From Dicyema japonicum (Eukaryota > Animalia > Dicyemida): a stretch of 64,000 nt of DNA. Shown here piece after piece: positions 34,950-46,774 of the stretch (within the stretch, counting starts at the first letter, position 1; each line of letters opens with the position of its first letter). The position numbers and the translations under genes are program-made. The notes under the pieces were generated by a model. It had not been told where the DNA came from. It ran no database searches and saw only the letters and a list, made by a program, of their open reading frames with translations. The DNA is taken from the NCBI GenBank assembly GCA_011109175.1, contig RDEW01000004.1, forward strand, positions 1 through 64,000. The letters are read 5' to 3'.

Positions 34950-35720
34950 TTTATAATGTTAAAGTAAACTCCAAAGCTTCCAGCTGAAGCACTTGTTGCG
35001 GACATCCATCGTTTAATTGATTGGTTGAACCTATTTATTATATCTTTAAAATAAACCTTTCAGCTTGTCCTTGTACCCATGGTGCTCTAGGTCTTCCACA
35101 GATATGCTTTATTTTAAAAAATTCAGAGCTTATCCATTTCAGATTTTCGAAACCCTCTTCCGTTATCAGTTTGAAGAATAACGGGTTCTCCAATAACGTA
35201 AAATATATTCTCATGTAGAGATGAGATTTCCAATGCACTTTTATTCTTTGCCAGTTCCACAACAAAACTTAGTGAATGAGTCAACGACGACTAAAACCTT
35301 CATATAAATAATTATTGAAGTTTAACCACGAGTTTGAGCGATTTATTTCTGAATATATTCTGAGATCTATAAGATCTGCGATATAATGGTCTTTAGGACC
35401 TCGGGCAATAATTGGAGTAATAGGTGGCTTTGCTCCCATCAATTTTTTTGAATAGCTAATAAATAACCAATACTTGGCAATAAACACATTTGTTCAAAAC
35501 AAGGCGGATATCTTCCCTCATTATATTGTAGAAACTATTCCCCCACATTCTATTAAGTCTATCTTGGCCAAAATGATTTTATTATGCTCAGACTTCACCG
35601 AAGCAGATACACTACCTCAATCATCGTTAATTTCAGTTCCTTATCTTTAACTGCCAAGAATTGTAATTTTAGATCATCCTTCAGGTCTTCCATTTTTGTC
35701 CCTTGCAAACAAATCACGGT
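34950..35720 (-). mobile_element. Ginger/KRBA2-like DDE integrase-type transposase remnant
   Basis: ITPIIARGPKDHYIADLIDL..DSFTKF..GRPRAPWVQGQAERF (rve core motifs). Confidence 0.75.
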
Positions 35721-36539
35721 TTTAGACAAAATTAGAAATTTTGTTTTTCCTCCGTAGGGGGACCGATGTCAAGGTCGTTTTTTTTGTCCCTTGAAAGTCA
35801 GTCTCACGGTGATTTAGAGTGATAGGTGGAGCAAGTTGTTTCTAGCACTTAAACAAACTTATTAACGCTAAAAAATCATTAAATCAAGCACTTATAAAAA
35901 TAATTGCTTGGGGGTACTATAACTGCTTTAGGGGTACTATAATGCGCCAGTACCGCGGTATCCTCCTCGCAGAGCAATGGAGTTTCAAAACAGGAAAATC
36001 ATGCACTGATTGCATATAAAAATGTGTTTAGAGGAATAAAATGCAAATAACAGTTGAACGTAGTATGATTGGATATTTCCAAGGCTTCTATAGTGTGTGC
36101 ACAAAATCCTCCTATCAAGGCTCGTGTAAGCGGATATTCCAAGATTCCTATTCGTATGGATAAGGAATTTCCTATCAGGGCGGATATCTCAAGTGCGTAT
36201 TGAAGGATTCGTATCCAAAGATATTTCAATAACGTGTCTGATTCGACTTATTTTAAAATTTTATTTCCCTTTCTCCTATTTTTAATCTACCATTTTAATA
36301 AATGTAAAAAACTGAAAACACTTGGTTCATTACTCGGGGATGAAACTGACCTTGAAAAACAGAAAAGGCTATTCTCAGAGTGAGGTAGATCTGAAAAACG
36401 CTTTTGAGAGTCTACAATGTATTTGTAGTCTCAATTAAGAATAACCCATCCGGTTGTCCTCAACACCAACCTAATAAAATTAATGGTACGTGAGTTATTT
36501 TTTACATAATTGTGTTGTCCTTTATAAATTTTATTAGCC

Positions 36540-37085
36540 CGAGGTGGATAAATTAATATCATCTACCAACGCACTTGTGGTCAAAATTAAATTAAAGAAA
36601 TTGGTTATCCCGTTGTAACTGGGTTAGGTAGCTAACTACTAAATATTTAACACATATTATCAATATGGTCTAGAAGGGGAATCTTTATTACAGGAATAAT
36701 CCATTACTTCATAAAAATAGACACAAGCCGAGAATATTATTAACAAATATTTTGAAGGAAACTGAATCACTATTTTTTTCAATATCTAAAGAATATTATT
36801 TTAAAATTAGCAATTACGGAATCAACTGAAGTAGTAACTTTTCTGTTTGAGCAATCATTGTTAATTGAATTCCAAAAGACATCAACTGAAGTGGAGAGGT
36901 CATTTTTGATTCTTAACAAAATTTTAACGAAATATTTCCTATCTGAAAATGTAAAATATTATCTAATTTTGTGTTTTACAAGTTAAGTTAACTTTTCATT
37001 TAGGTAAACTTTTTATACTTATTAGATCAACTATTGACTTTTTAGGGTTATTTTTTTAACTTTTCCAACTTCTGACACTATATCT
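36540..37085 (+). mobile_element. hAT-like transposase remnant and right end
   Basis: PVVTGLGS (PVxTRWGS-like), TSTEVERSFLILNKIL; subterminal repeats homologous to window positions 1-70. Confidence 0.55.
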
Positions 37086-37344
37086 GTAAATTTCCTTTTG
37101 TTTCTTCCGAACTGTCCCCTAGATTTTGTGTTTAATATCATTAGAAATTGTGACGGGGTTGTCTTCAGATTCGTATGACGAATTTTTTAAGATAATTTTA
37201 CTGCACCTTCAGCCCACACTTCTAGTCTTATAACTCTTGAATACATCCAAGTCTTGTTTCCGCCGTTGAGCGATGAAATTTGAAAATCTAATTGCTCCAT
37301 ATGTTTCACAGGGGAATTCTAGCATTCTAACCCTTTTTAGACTT

Positions 37345-37545
37345 TTATTAACCCCGGATATACCGAAAAAGAATATGCAGTAAACAACTAATTAAGTGTA
37401 TTCAGATTCCACTTTACAGAAACAGAGTCCTTCAACGTCACACGAGTCCATCATTCGGAACCAGCATAAAAGGTAATAGACCTCCATTTCTTGCAGTTGT
37501 GGAAACTTCTCCAATGGAGTGGGGGGTCATTTGGATTCATATTCA
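37345..37545 (-). mobile_element. 5'-truncated copy of the short element at 31125-31460
   Basis: Shared CCTTTTATGCTG..GGACTCTGTTTCTG..TACACTTAATTAGTTGTTTAC..TATCCGGGGTTAAT. Confidence 0.75.
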
Positions 37546-37639
37546 CGTGGTTTAATTAGTAATTATTTAAGGACTAACAATACCGCCATATTCAAATGTT
37601 TAAATCTATGATTATTTAAGAACCAACGATGCGAACATA

Positions 37640-40600
37640 TTCAACACATTCAAGAACACCAACAGTTAATTTAATTACTAAATTAAGTGATCTCGAAGTC
37701 CTCAATCAGAATTCTCATTTTCTTTTCGTGCGCCTTCTGGGATCCAACACAACTTCTCTGTGGGCGGGGTGGTATCGGGAATAGGAATTGTAGAGGGGTG
37801 ATGTATACCCTTCTCATAAGACACATCGTGACTGTGTATTGTTGAGAGTTGCACTGCTTGCACATGGTAGCAAATCCTTCTCCATTTTGTCGGATAAGGT
37901 CTNCAACACATTCAAGAACACCAACAGTTAATTTAATTACTAAATTAAGTGATCTCGAAGGCCTCAATCAGAATTCTCATTTTCTTTTCGTGCGCCTTCT
38001 GGGATCCAACACAACTTCTCTGTGGGCGGGGTGGTATCGGGAATAGGAATTGGAGAGGGGTGATGTATACCCTTCTCATAAGACACATCGTGACTGTGTA
38101 TTGTTAAGAGTTGCACTGCTTGCACAGGGTAGCAAATCCTTCTCCATTTTGTCGGATAAGGTCTTCAAGTGATGAGGGTATTAGTTTTTCTAGTTTCCCG
38201 AGATTACTAATAGTAGTGGCTGTTAAGGCCTGAATGTCCCGGATTCTTTGTTTGTTTGTCCAGGACAGATTGATTCCCCATGACATACAGGCATAGCTGA
38301 CAGAAGGCTCAAATTGTTTGTACAACAATTTCAAAGCTGGGAAAGAGGTTTTAATGCCACCGAAAATAGTTTTGATTATCCCTAGCTTTCTTGAGCAGCT
38401 TCCAGAGACCGCGTCGACGTGAGGTGAAAAAGACATGTGTGTGTCGAAGGTGATCCCTAAGATTTTCAGTTTCTTCGTGAAAGGTATTTTTGTCTGGTTG
38501 ATAAAAATATCCACTGTCATTTATCCAAGTCTTTTGTCTGAGGTAAATAAAGACGAAGAAGATTTTTCAGTAGATATATCAAGTCGGTTATAATTTAGCC
38601 AAATTTGAATCTTATGAAGGTATTCTTGTAGTCTTTCTGATGCTTTTGGGATATTTTGGTCGCGGGATCCAATTAATAAGTCATCAGCATATGAAAGGAT
38701 GAAATCGTCTTTATTATCGGGTTGCGGTAAATTGGACATGTATAAGTTAAATAAGGCGGGTGATAAAGGGGTCCTTGTGGGACACCATTGGGTAGTAATC
38801 TTGAAATTGATTTGGTCCCATCCATGTATACCCGGGACCTTCTTCCATTTATGAAGTTAGCAATCCAAAGTTTTATATTGGGGTCGACGGGAAGATTAAA
38901 CAATTTCCAGGTTAGGATTTTTTTTGAGACAGAGTCGAAAGCCTTTTGTAAATTATCGAACAGACAACTGTTTTGAGGTAACGAGGATTTGTGTTAAAGC
39001 CTTCAATGATAAATTGGTTGAGGGATTTTAGGTGGGTGGAAGTTGAATGACCCCTTCTNGTCGAAAGCCTTTTGTAAATCGATCGAACAGACAACTGTTT
39101 TGAGGTGAGATTTGTGTTAAAGCCTTCAATGATAAATTGGTTGAGGGATTAGGTGGGTGTTGAATGACCCCTTCTGAATCCATCTTGTGAGAAAAAAGGG
39201 ACAGGTTACTAGATTAAGAATCAATTTTTCCAATAATTTTGATAAGGTGCATAGTAAAGAGATTGGTGGAAATGATGCAGGATTGTCCTTAGGCTTCCAG
39301 GCTTAAGGATTGGGCGTATATAGAACAGTTTCCAGATAGTTGGAATTGAATTCATGTTTATTGAATAGTTGAAAATCACTGTGATTGCATCAATCGCAAT
39401 AGGTCCAAGGTGTTTTAGTAAAATACCAGGGATAGAATCTGGCCCACATGAGAGGGAAGAATTCATCCTCTTCAAACCCTCACTGACATCTGAATGAGGA
39501 TGAGGTTAATCGGCTTGTTCTCTTCGGTCTTATTGAGGATAAAGAAGGCCCATCCATTTTCCTGAAAGGTTTGTGGCTTATATTGGCGTAATATTTCATG
39601 AGCTTGTTAAGACTGTGCTGATCCGTCTGTTGTCTTTTAAAATTTCCTTTTGGACCAAGTTGTTTAATTTCTCTCCATATCTTCTGAGCAGATTTTGAAA
39701 TGGAAGGGAAAATACTAGTTCGTCCCATCTGTTTACTTCAGTTTTTCTAATCCTTTTAGATATTTCGTCATTGAGAGTTTTTATTTGATTTTTCTGTCCG
39801 GGAAAGGAAGGTACATGTCTTTTCAGGCGATTCCTTTCTTTAATTAATGACTTGGTGTTCTGATCAAGTTTTTCATTGTAGAATTTAAATGATCCACGCG
39901 GAATGAATGTTCTCCGCGCCATGAGAATAGTATTGTTTAGAAAGTCAATAGCTCTATCTATTGAAGGGAATATCATCATATCAAAGTTTACTAGAGCTGA
40001 TCGATGTATTTTGAATAGTCATTCCAGTTTGCTTTTTTATAGTCGAAAAATGAAACAGTCTCTTCTTTGTGGTAAAGAACTTTTTTGATTCGAATAATGA
40101 TTGGATTGTGGTCGGAAGATAATCCATAATGCACCATCCAAGATGTGTCCGGTACAAGGTTTGGGGAACAGAAGGTAATGTCTGGGGACGTTGAAGCTTC
40201 GTTTCCCTTGTAGGGAGTCCTAGTGTGCTTCCTGGGGTTGTTGATGATGTCAGAAGGTGAGTTGGTTTAATAAGGATAATCCTCTTGAGTCTGCTGGATG
40301 TGATTTTAACCAGGCTGGATGTTTAGCATTAAAATCTCCACACAATATCAGGTTTCCGAGCTGTTTAACTTGGTTAGGTTTAGAGAGAATCCTTTTAGGC
40401 AAGAAGATGGAGGGGACGTAGATATTTGTAAAGTTGAAAGTCCCGAATGCGCTTGTAGTGGATATTCCAGATATTTCCGTGGTTCCATCGTTAATTAATA
40501 AATTTAGTTTTGCTGATGTGTTCGTAAATCGAATGCTGTTTCTTATCATGACGAGGAGACCCCCACCAAGACGGTTTGAGCAGTCCAGGCGGATCCAGTG

Positions 40601-40960
40601 GTATCCTGGAAAAAGAGGAGTAGGTGATGATGGAGTAAGTATGTTTTCTTGAAGTAAAATCAGGTCAATGTTCTGTTCTTTAATGAAAGACCGTAGTTCG
40701 AGAATTTAACTTTTGATTCCGTTGATGATTATCTGCAGAATTGAGAGTGGAGGACCTGGATTAAGTTCAATGTCACCGGTGAGAATTATCAGAAACCCAT
40801 TCAGCCGAGGGAGATTAAGAGAGGGAAGAGGCCGTAGTCGAAGAGTCCTTCTTCGGATGGGAGGTAGTTAATGGTCCTTTTCCGCGGTGCATTAAGTGCA
40901 CCCTGAGTGCCTCCAGAACTTTCATAACTTTCATAACTGGTAGACCACATGACGCCACGT
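37640..40960 (-). mobile_element. Near full-length Ingi/Vingi-like LINE (about 3 kb: 5' pseudoknot, 2A, APE, RT, Cys-rich C-terminus; no RNase H seen), multiple frameshifts
   Basis: APE: IDLILLQE, NIYVPS, LILCGDFNAKHPAW, SDHNP; RT: SCGPDSIP, NGVPQG, LSYADDLL, LGITFDTHMSF; terminal KMRILIE.FEIT*. Confidence 0.9.
40751..40792 (-). other. 2A-like StopGo (ribosome skipping) peptide
   Basis: FLIILTGDIELNPGP matches D(V/I)ExNPG-P and is in frame with the APE start PLSILQIIINGIKS. Confidence 0.85.
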
Positions 40961-41049
40961 TTTATTTAATGTTTGTATTAATGATGTGATATGTATCCAA
41001 ACACCACCTTAACTAGGCCAGGGAATATGGCAGGTCAGCATTAATCAAG

Positions 41050-42520
41050 AACGAACTCAAAAAAGTCTCCCCAATTAATTATTGAGGATAAGCTTAGAAT
41101 GAGGGCTTTGATTAGTGAATTAAAAAACAGGGAGATCAAAGAAAAAAAATAGAGATGGAAGCATGTGCTCTTTTCTCTGAATTGAAGATCCATTGCTTAA
41201 GTTCTGACGTCTCAAGAGAGGATGAAAGATCATCTGAATGGATCAAAGCCAAAAGGATTTGAATAATCTCAAAATATTACCTGAAATATCGCACAAGGAC
41301 AATAAAAAGTCGGATGTACCCCCTTTATATTTCGGTAAACCGAAAAAGGAACCTGATATGATCTACTTTACTGAAAACGACTGAGAAATAAATTGAGAGC
41401 CATTAAAACAACTTATCTTAACGGACCGGATAAGATCTCAATGATCCTCCTAAAGAATCTTGGGGATTTTGGAATCGCTTGATTAACGAGGATATTAAAC
41501 CACTGTATTAACAAAATTGTATTCCAGCTTTATGGAAGCTTGCCCACCTACGTACAATTTTAAAACCCAGAAAAGTGAAGAAGGATCTTCTTCATACAGA
41601 CCGTCCCGTTATTGTGTTGTTATCGAAAATTCTGGAAAGGTTGGTCTTCGCGAAAATCAAAAATTTTCACCGAGATTTGTCATTTCAAAATGATTTTAAA
41701 AAGGATAGGTTTACTTCGACCCATTTATTTTTTACTTCGTGCGATATGGTTTTTCGCACAGGCCGGGACACATGAAGACTGTGTTTTGTTCCATTGACGT
41801 CCACACGCTTTAGACTCTGTGTCTTACTTAAAAAATACCTGGAAAGCTTAAGATCTGGTTAGCTAATTTCCTTAGTGGTCGTAGAGGACGCGTCTGCATT
41901 GTCCAGTCAAGATCTATCCGAAAATAATATTATTCTGACTTATGCCGACGACATGGTAATTGGGTCACGTGATCACAACATCCAGATCGCCACTTCGAGA
42001 TTAAGATTCGTCTAGTTACCAGCAGTGAGAAGTCTGTCACAACTCTATTTACATCAGACAAGAAAATGGGAGGACGGTCGATCTGAAGGCAAACAATGGA
42101 GTTATCCCTTTTAGAAGATCTCAAAGATCCTTGGGTGACAAAATGCGAAGAGAACTAATGTCTTGAAATGTCTCACAGGCTAATGGAAGTACGTAACCAT
42201 CCTATTTTGAGTACTATATATAAACAATACAATGAACCATGTATTTCTTACCCATGTGATATCTAGGTCCCTTTCATCTCTTGGACAAACGTCATGAAGA
42301 TCGAGGTTAGTCGAAAAAGAGTCTCTAAAATCCCCTTGAATCCATTATACGTATGAACTATGGAACGCGCCGTCGTGACTACAAAGATCCAGTCACTCGG
42401 CCGATACGTGCTTGTATGGAGTCGAGGGAGGAGCATCGGGCCCTGCTAGAGCGTGCTGAGATCACGTGATTAGTGAGGTGTGTAACCGTAGTCTCTGGTG
42501 TTGTTATTATTAGTTATAGC
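41050..42520 (+). mobile_element. Degenerate Vingi-like LINE RT to 3' end
   Basis: RPVIVLLSKILERLV, ILTYADDM, RACMESREEH; 3' stem 42458/42488. Confidence 0.75.
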
Positions 42521-43249
42521 TCCTCCCAGGAGTGACACACACTTTATTAAAATAAAGAACAATTATCGTAACTAATCGACGATAGAGAACCAAGGAATGC
42601 TCTTCATTTCTTTTTTTGTGTGTGAGTCCATTTGTGGACGATCCGGTTCTGCATTGAGATATTCACTGATGACGACGTCACGTTTAAAGTCGAAGCAGAG
42701 TAGATGCGCGGAACCTTCAGTCGGAATATACAGGAGCGAGATTCGAACTAGGTCCATCATGCCTTTTGCCCGCCACTCATTGAGGTGGCGATTTGCGGAC
42801 TCATAGAGGAAATTACCGACGTCTTTTTCTCTAATATTGGACAAGGATCACTTCGAAAAGAAGCGGTCCCCAGGAAGGAATTTGCTAAGACAGAGGCAAT
42901 ACTACTTTTTTTATTATATGGACCAGTGTTTCTCAACCTTTTTTCGTATCGCCCCCATAATAATTATAATGTTACAATGGAAGAAGAGTGTGTCATCAAC
43001 TCCCTCTTTGGAGATGGAGAATAAGGATGTCCCCACGGCATGCCAATTCCAAAGTTGAGAGGTAGCAGAGGTGTAATCTTCTTAAGAAACGTCGCTTCAT
43101 TCGTTCTAGCTGAATTGTACATGCACCACTCCACAAGGATTAACACGTTTTAAAGCAAATTAATATAATTTATAGTAAAAGTCAATTATTGTTAAAAAAT
43201 CTATAAACTCGTCCTACAATATCTAATTTTCTAAACGTGGGTGTGGTCA

Positions 43250-43830
43250 TTGATGTAGTCATTGGGGAACTCGACAGTGTAGTTGTTGATCCTTATGCTG
43301 GTGTATTTTTACCATAGTTGCGTTGGATTTTTGGAGTCGGAATCTGCTTGACATTTTCGTTTATTGCAAATATTCAATGTTAGAATAATTAAGCCATTTG
43401 GACACACTGAAATACAGAAGACGTATTCGATTATTTTAAATTCATCAAATTCAAGGAAAAAGGCCAAGAACCAGTCTTGCAAAAAATATAAACCCGATAG
43501 AAAGAATAAGAAAATTAAAATTGATTTTTTTGATTTGATTGATATAGTCTTCTTCCGTAATAAATGAATTTGTAGAAAATGTAAAAGTATAAAATGATGT
43601 CCAATTTGTCATGAACTCGTCCGCGAGAATTTTGCGATCTCCTACTTTTGAAAAACCCTACAGAAAGGCTGCAGCGTAGAGCCGAGAGAAAAATGTCTAG
43701 GAATTGTGCACTATGAAAATAGAACTCTTGCAGACGATTTTGGCAATTAGTCTCCCGAAGAAAGCTGACAACTCCGCCTACATTCTTATCATAGGTGATC
43801 GGATTTACAGAGAACAAAAACGTGATGGAT
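43250..43830 (-). pseudogene. Possible membrane-protein coding remnant (frameshifted)
   Basis: Hydrophobic open stretches across adjacent frames (..INFNFLILSIGFIFFARLVLGLFP../..IIEYVFCISVCPNGLIILTL..); no recognisable motif. Confidence 0.2.
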
Positions 43831-45189
43831 TACCTAAAATAGACTTCAAAATAAATAGGGGATATTAGACGGAAAACCATATTTTAATTCAGGCCTCATT
43901 GTTGAACAGGAAAAATTCCGAATCCCCAAAAAATATTTAGTAGCTTGAGACAATTAGGGGGGTCCCTATGGCAAGAAATGGTATTTAAATAAATGGCCAA
44001 GTGGTTAATTGGTCACAAGTTGTGATGATGGCGTATCTCTATTGCACAGAATGTCTACTTAGCTTCATTATGCAAGAAAACCTTTGTCTTTTATCGTTCA
44101 GGGAGCATGGACAAAGTGACGGACCTAGGAGCCATTAAAACACAAATTTTCTGAACAAAGGAAGCGTCGGATGTAAGCATATCCAGGTTCGATTCTCGTT
44201 CAACACAGAATATCATCCGTCAGAAGCGCCGGACAAAATTCTGATATCTCTCGATTCTAATCTCGCTGTTGTCCATTCCGACTGAAAGTAATCATCTACG
44301 ATGTTCCTGGGATGATGAACGACACCATCATCAGTGATACCTCAAACTCACATGCAACTAAAAAAAGTTAAGAGCATTCCTTAGCACCCTTTCAGCGAAG
44401 GGTCAAAAAAACACGGCAGTAGGTTAATCCCATCCACTCCAAACGACAACCTCATCTTCGCTCGATGTTCCTCAAGAGATCCCACAAAAATAGTTTCAAC
44501 AATAAATTTATTAATAAACTCAGTCACTACAAATTCCTAGTAAAATAGAGTCAACCCAATGCTTAGCGCCAAAATTTGCAACTTTTTCATGAATCGTCAA
44601 CCAAAAAATACACGCGGGCGTTTTTGTCAGTAGACTTGACATCCCCTTTTTATATTTTACAATAGCATTAAATTTCCCCCCTTAATCCACATGGAGGTGA
44701 GTACTCGTCAGTGCCACTATCTTTCTAACAACAAATTTTCCCTTTGGATTTCTAAGTTGAATCAATGAAGACCTTTAATCTCATATTTATTATCCATACT
44801 TTTTAAATGATAAATAAAGGACACATGCCTTTTTCTGAGTTAAAATCTGCTTTACGAATGAAAAATGAAATATTTGCGTAGACATGCAAATATATAGGTT
44901 TTTGCTTAGTCACTTTTGCAATTGATCTCGACACTTTTGCGATTGCAATTAATCTTCATCCTATAACAAAAAAATAATTTTGTTCCAATTTGCTTTTGGT
45001 AAGACTCACTTTAAACCTGAAATGGTATAGTCTTACTTCTCAAGCCATTTAGAATTGAAAGGATCAACCTCAACACAACAAGTTTCAAATAATATTTTTA
45101 ATAAAAATAATATACAATTCGTTTAATTAAAGCAAATCCGCGTTAACAGTAAACACTGTTTATGGTTTCGCTTGTGCCATGTTTTTCGA

Positions 45190-46560
45190 TTATCCTTTTA
45201 ATCTTCTCCATCATTTTCGTTGTCATGCTCGTCTCCTGATTTCGTCCAGATCGTCTGCATCCTTCAGTCAGCCCCGATCACTGCGTAATCCTCCGCAAGT
45301 GTCCTTGGAAGATAACTTCTTGGACGTCCTCTAAATGCAGGAGATACAGTATTGCCGAAAAATTCTTCCATGGGGGCATTGCATGGTGTCTGTTCACCCA
45401 CCCGTAGAATATGTCCAAAAAGGCGCCAGCGGGCTTCAAGTACTTCAGACTTATTGATCCACAATCAGTCAGTATGTACAATTTATTGTTTGAGATTTTC
45501 GTTGGCCAAGAGTATCCAAGGAGTTTTCTTAGTTGGCCTCTGTGGAACGAGTCGAGTTGTTCCATATCTTTCTTTGATATTCCCCAAGTACCTGCGTTGT
45601 ACATGAGGACTGGAATGATCAGAGTTTTCGAGTGTTCCTCCACATCTCATCAACGTGGGTTGCCGATCTTTAAATGGTGGTTATTTCAGTTTTGTCTTTA
45701 TTGACTTTGAGGGACCATTTACTCAAAATTGTTTTCGCTTTCTCCATAATAACGTCTATAAATTCCCTCACGTGACAGTCCGTTTGGTTATGTCCTTATT
45801 CCAGCATTCAGGTTAACGGAGCCTCCCTAATCAAGTGACTTGATTGTCTCTGCGGAGAGCATGGACTGGTCAATTATTCGGATATAACCTAAGAAAACCA
45901 AGATTTAAAGAAAAATCTGTTATAAGGCGTTAATTTTATGATAAAAGTCACAGTATATTTTTTCAAGGATATTATTATTAAAAGCACTCTCGAGAAAACA
46001 TAAATTAAGTTTCCCTTGTCCCGTATTCCTAATCATCCTCTACGTCAATCTCGACCATGATCCTCTGTTGCGCGCTAATTCTCTTAGGTAGTCCAGATCG
46101 TCCTCCGAAGTTAGTCGCCGATAGATCTTCGTTCAAGATAGTCGGAAGTGTCGTTTTTGGCCTTCCGCGAAATCCGGCTCCTGTGTGTGCGAGGTAGTTA
46201 TCCATTGCGACATTTGCGGGGACATGATCATTTAATCGTAACACGTGGCCAAAGAGGCTCCATCTTGATTTGAAAATATCATCTGACAGCACGCCGTATT
46301 TGCATTTATTTTAAAAGTTTGCTTTAAAGATCTTCATAGGCCAGTTAATCTTGATTACCGATTTGAGCTGAACTCTGGAAAAAGTCAAGACGGTCCATTT
46401 CCCGTTTAGAGATTCCCCAAATCCCAGAGTTGTAGGTTAGTACCGGGATGGCAAAAGCTTTGTATATTCTAAACCTGGTGTTTAGTCCTATCCTCTTCTT
46501 GTGGCTAGGTCGCATACCAGTTGGTGATTCTTGTGAGGTTGTTTAAGTCCTCTGCAATTG
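45190..46560 (-). mobile_element. Two RTE-clade LINE 3' fragments (45190-45720, 46020-46560)
   Basis: RWRLFGHILR..P; RGRPRSYLP and RGRPKTTLP; YNAGTWG; homologous to 61969-63951. Confidence 0.8.
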
Positions 46561-46774
46561 AAAGTTCTCAGAGCGAACGGAGAAGTCGGTAAAGAATAGG
46601 AATAAGACATAGTGCAATAGAGATGTCGTCACCACCTCAACCAAAAATTTCGATAACGACAAATAAAATGTTATTTTATTAAACAAATAAAAATTATAAA
46701 AAATAACAATAAATATTTTAAAAATGTACTAAGTTATTTAATAATTTGAATTCATTTTGTTGTTCGCATATAAA

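Noticed and set aside
37640-38170. Tandem duplication of the LINE 3' end (also the duplications at 38920-39180 and 647-1000)
   Set aside because: Each duplicate junction coincides with a single N (37903, 39059, 844), typical of unmerged contig or haplotype overlaps
44186-44195. GGTTCGATTC B-box suggesting a tRNA or SINE
   Set aside because: No cloverleaf, A-box spacing or acceptor stem; it lies within a probable CRE relic
46632-46641. CCACCTCAAC match to the L1Tc/ingi signature
   Set aside because: An isolated 10-mer with no flanking P1, P2 or P4 complementarity
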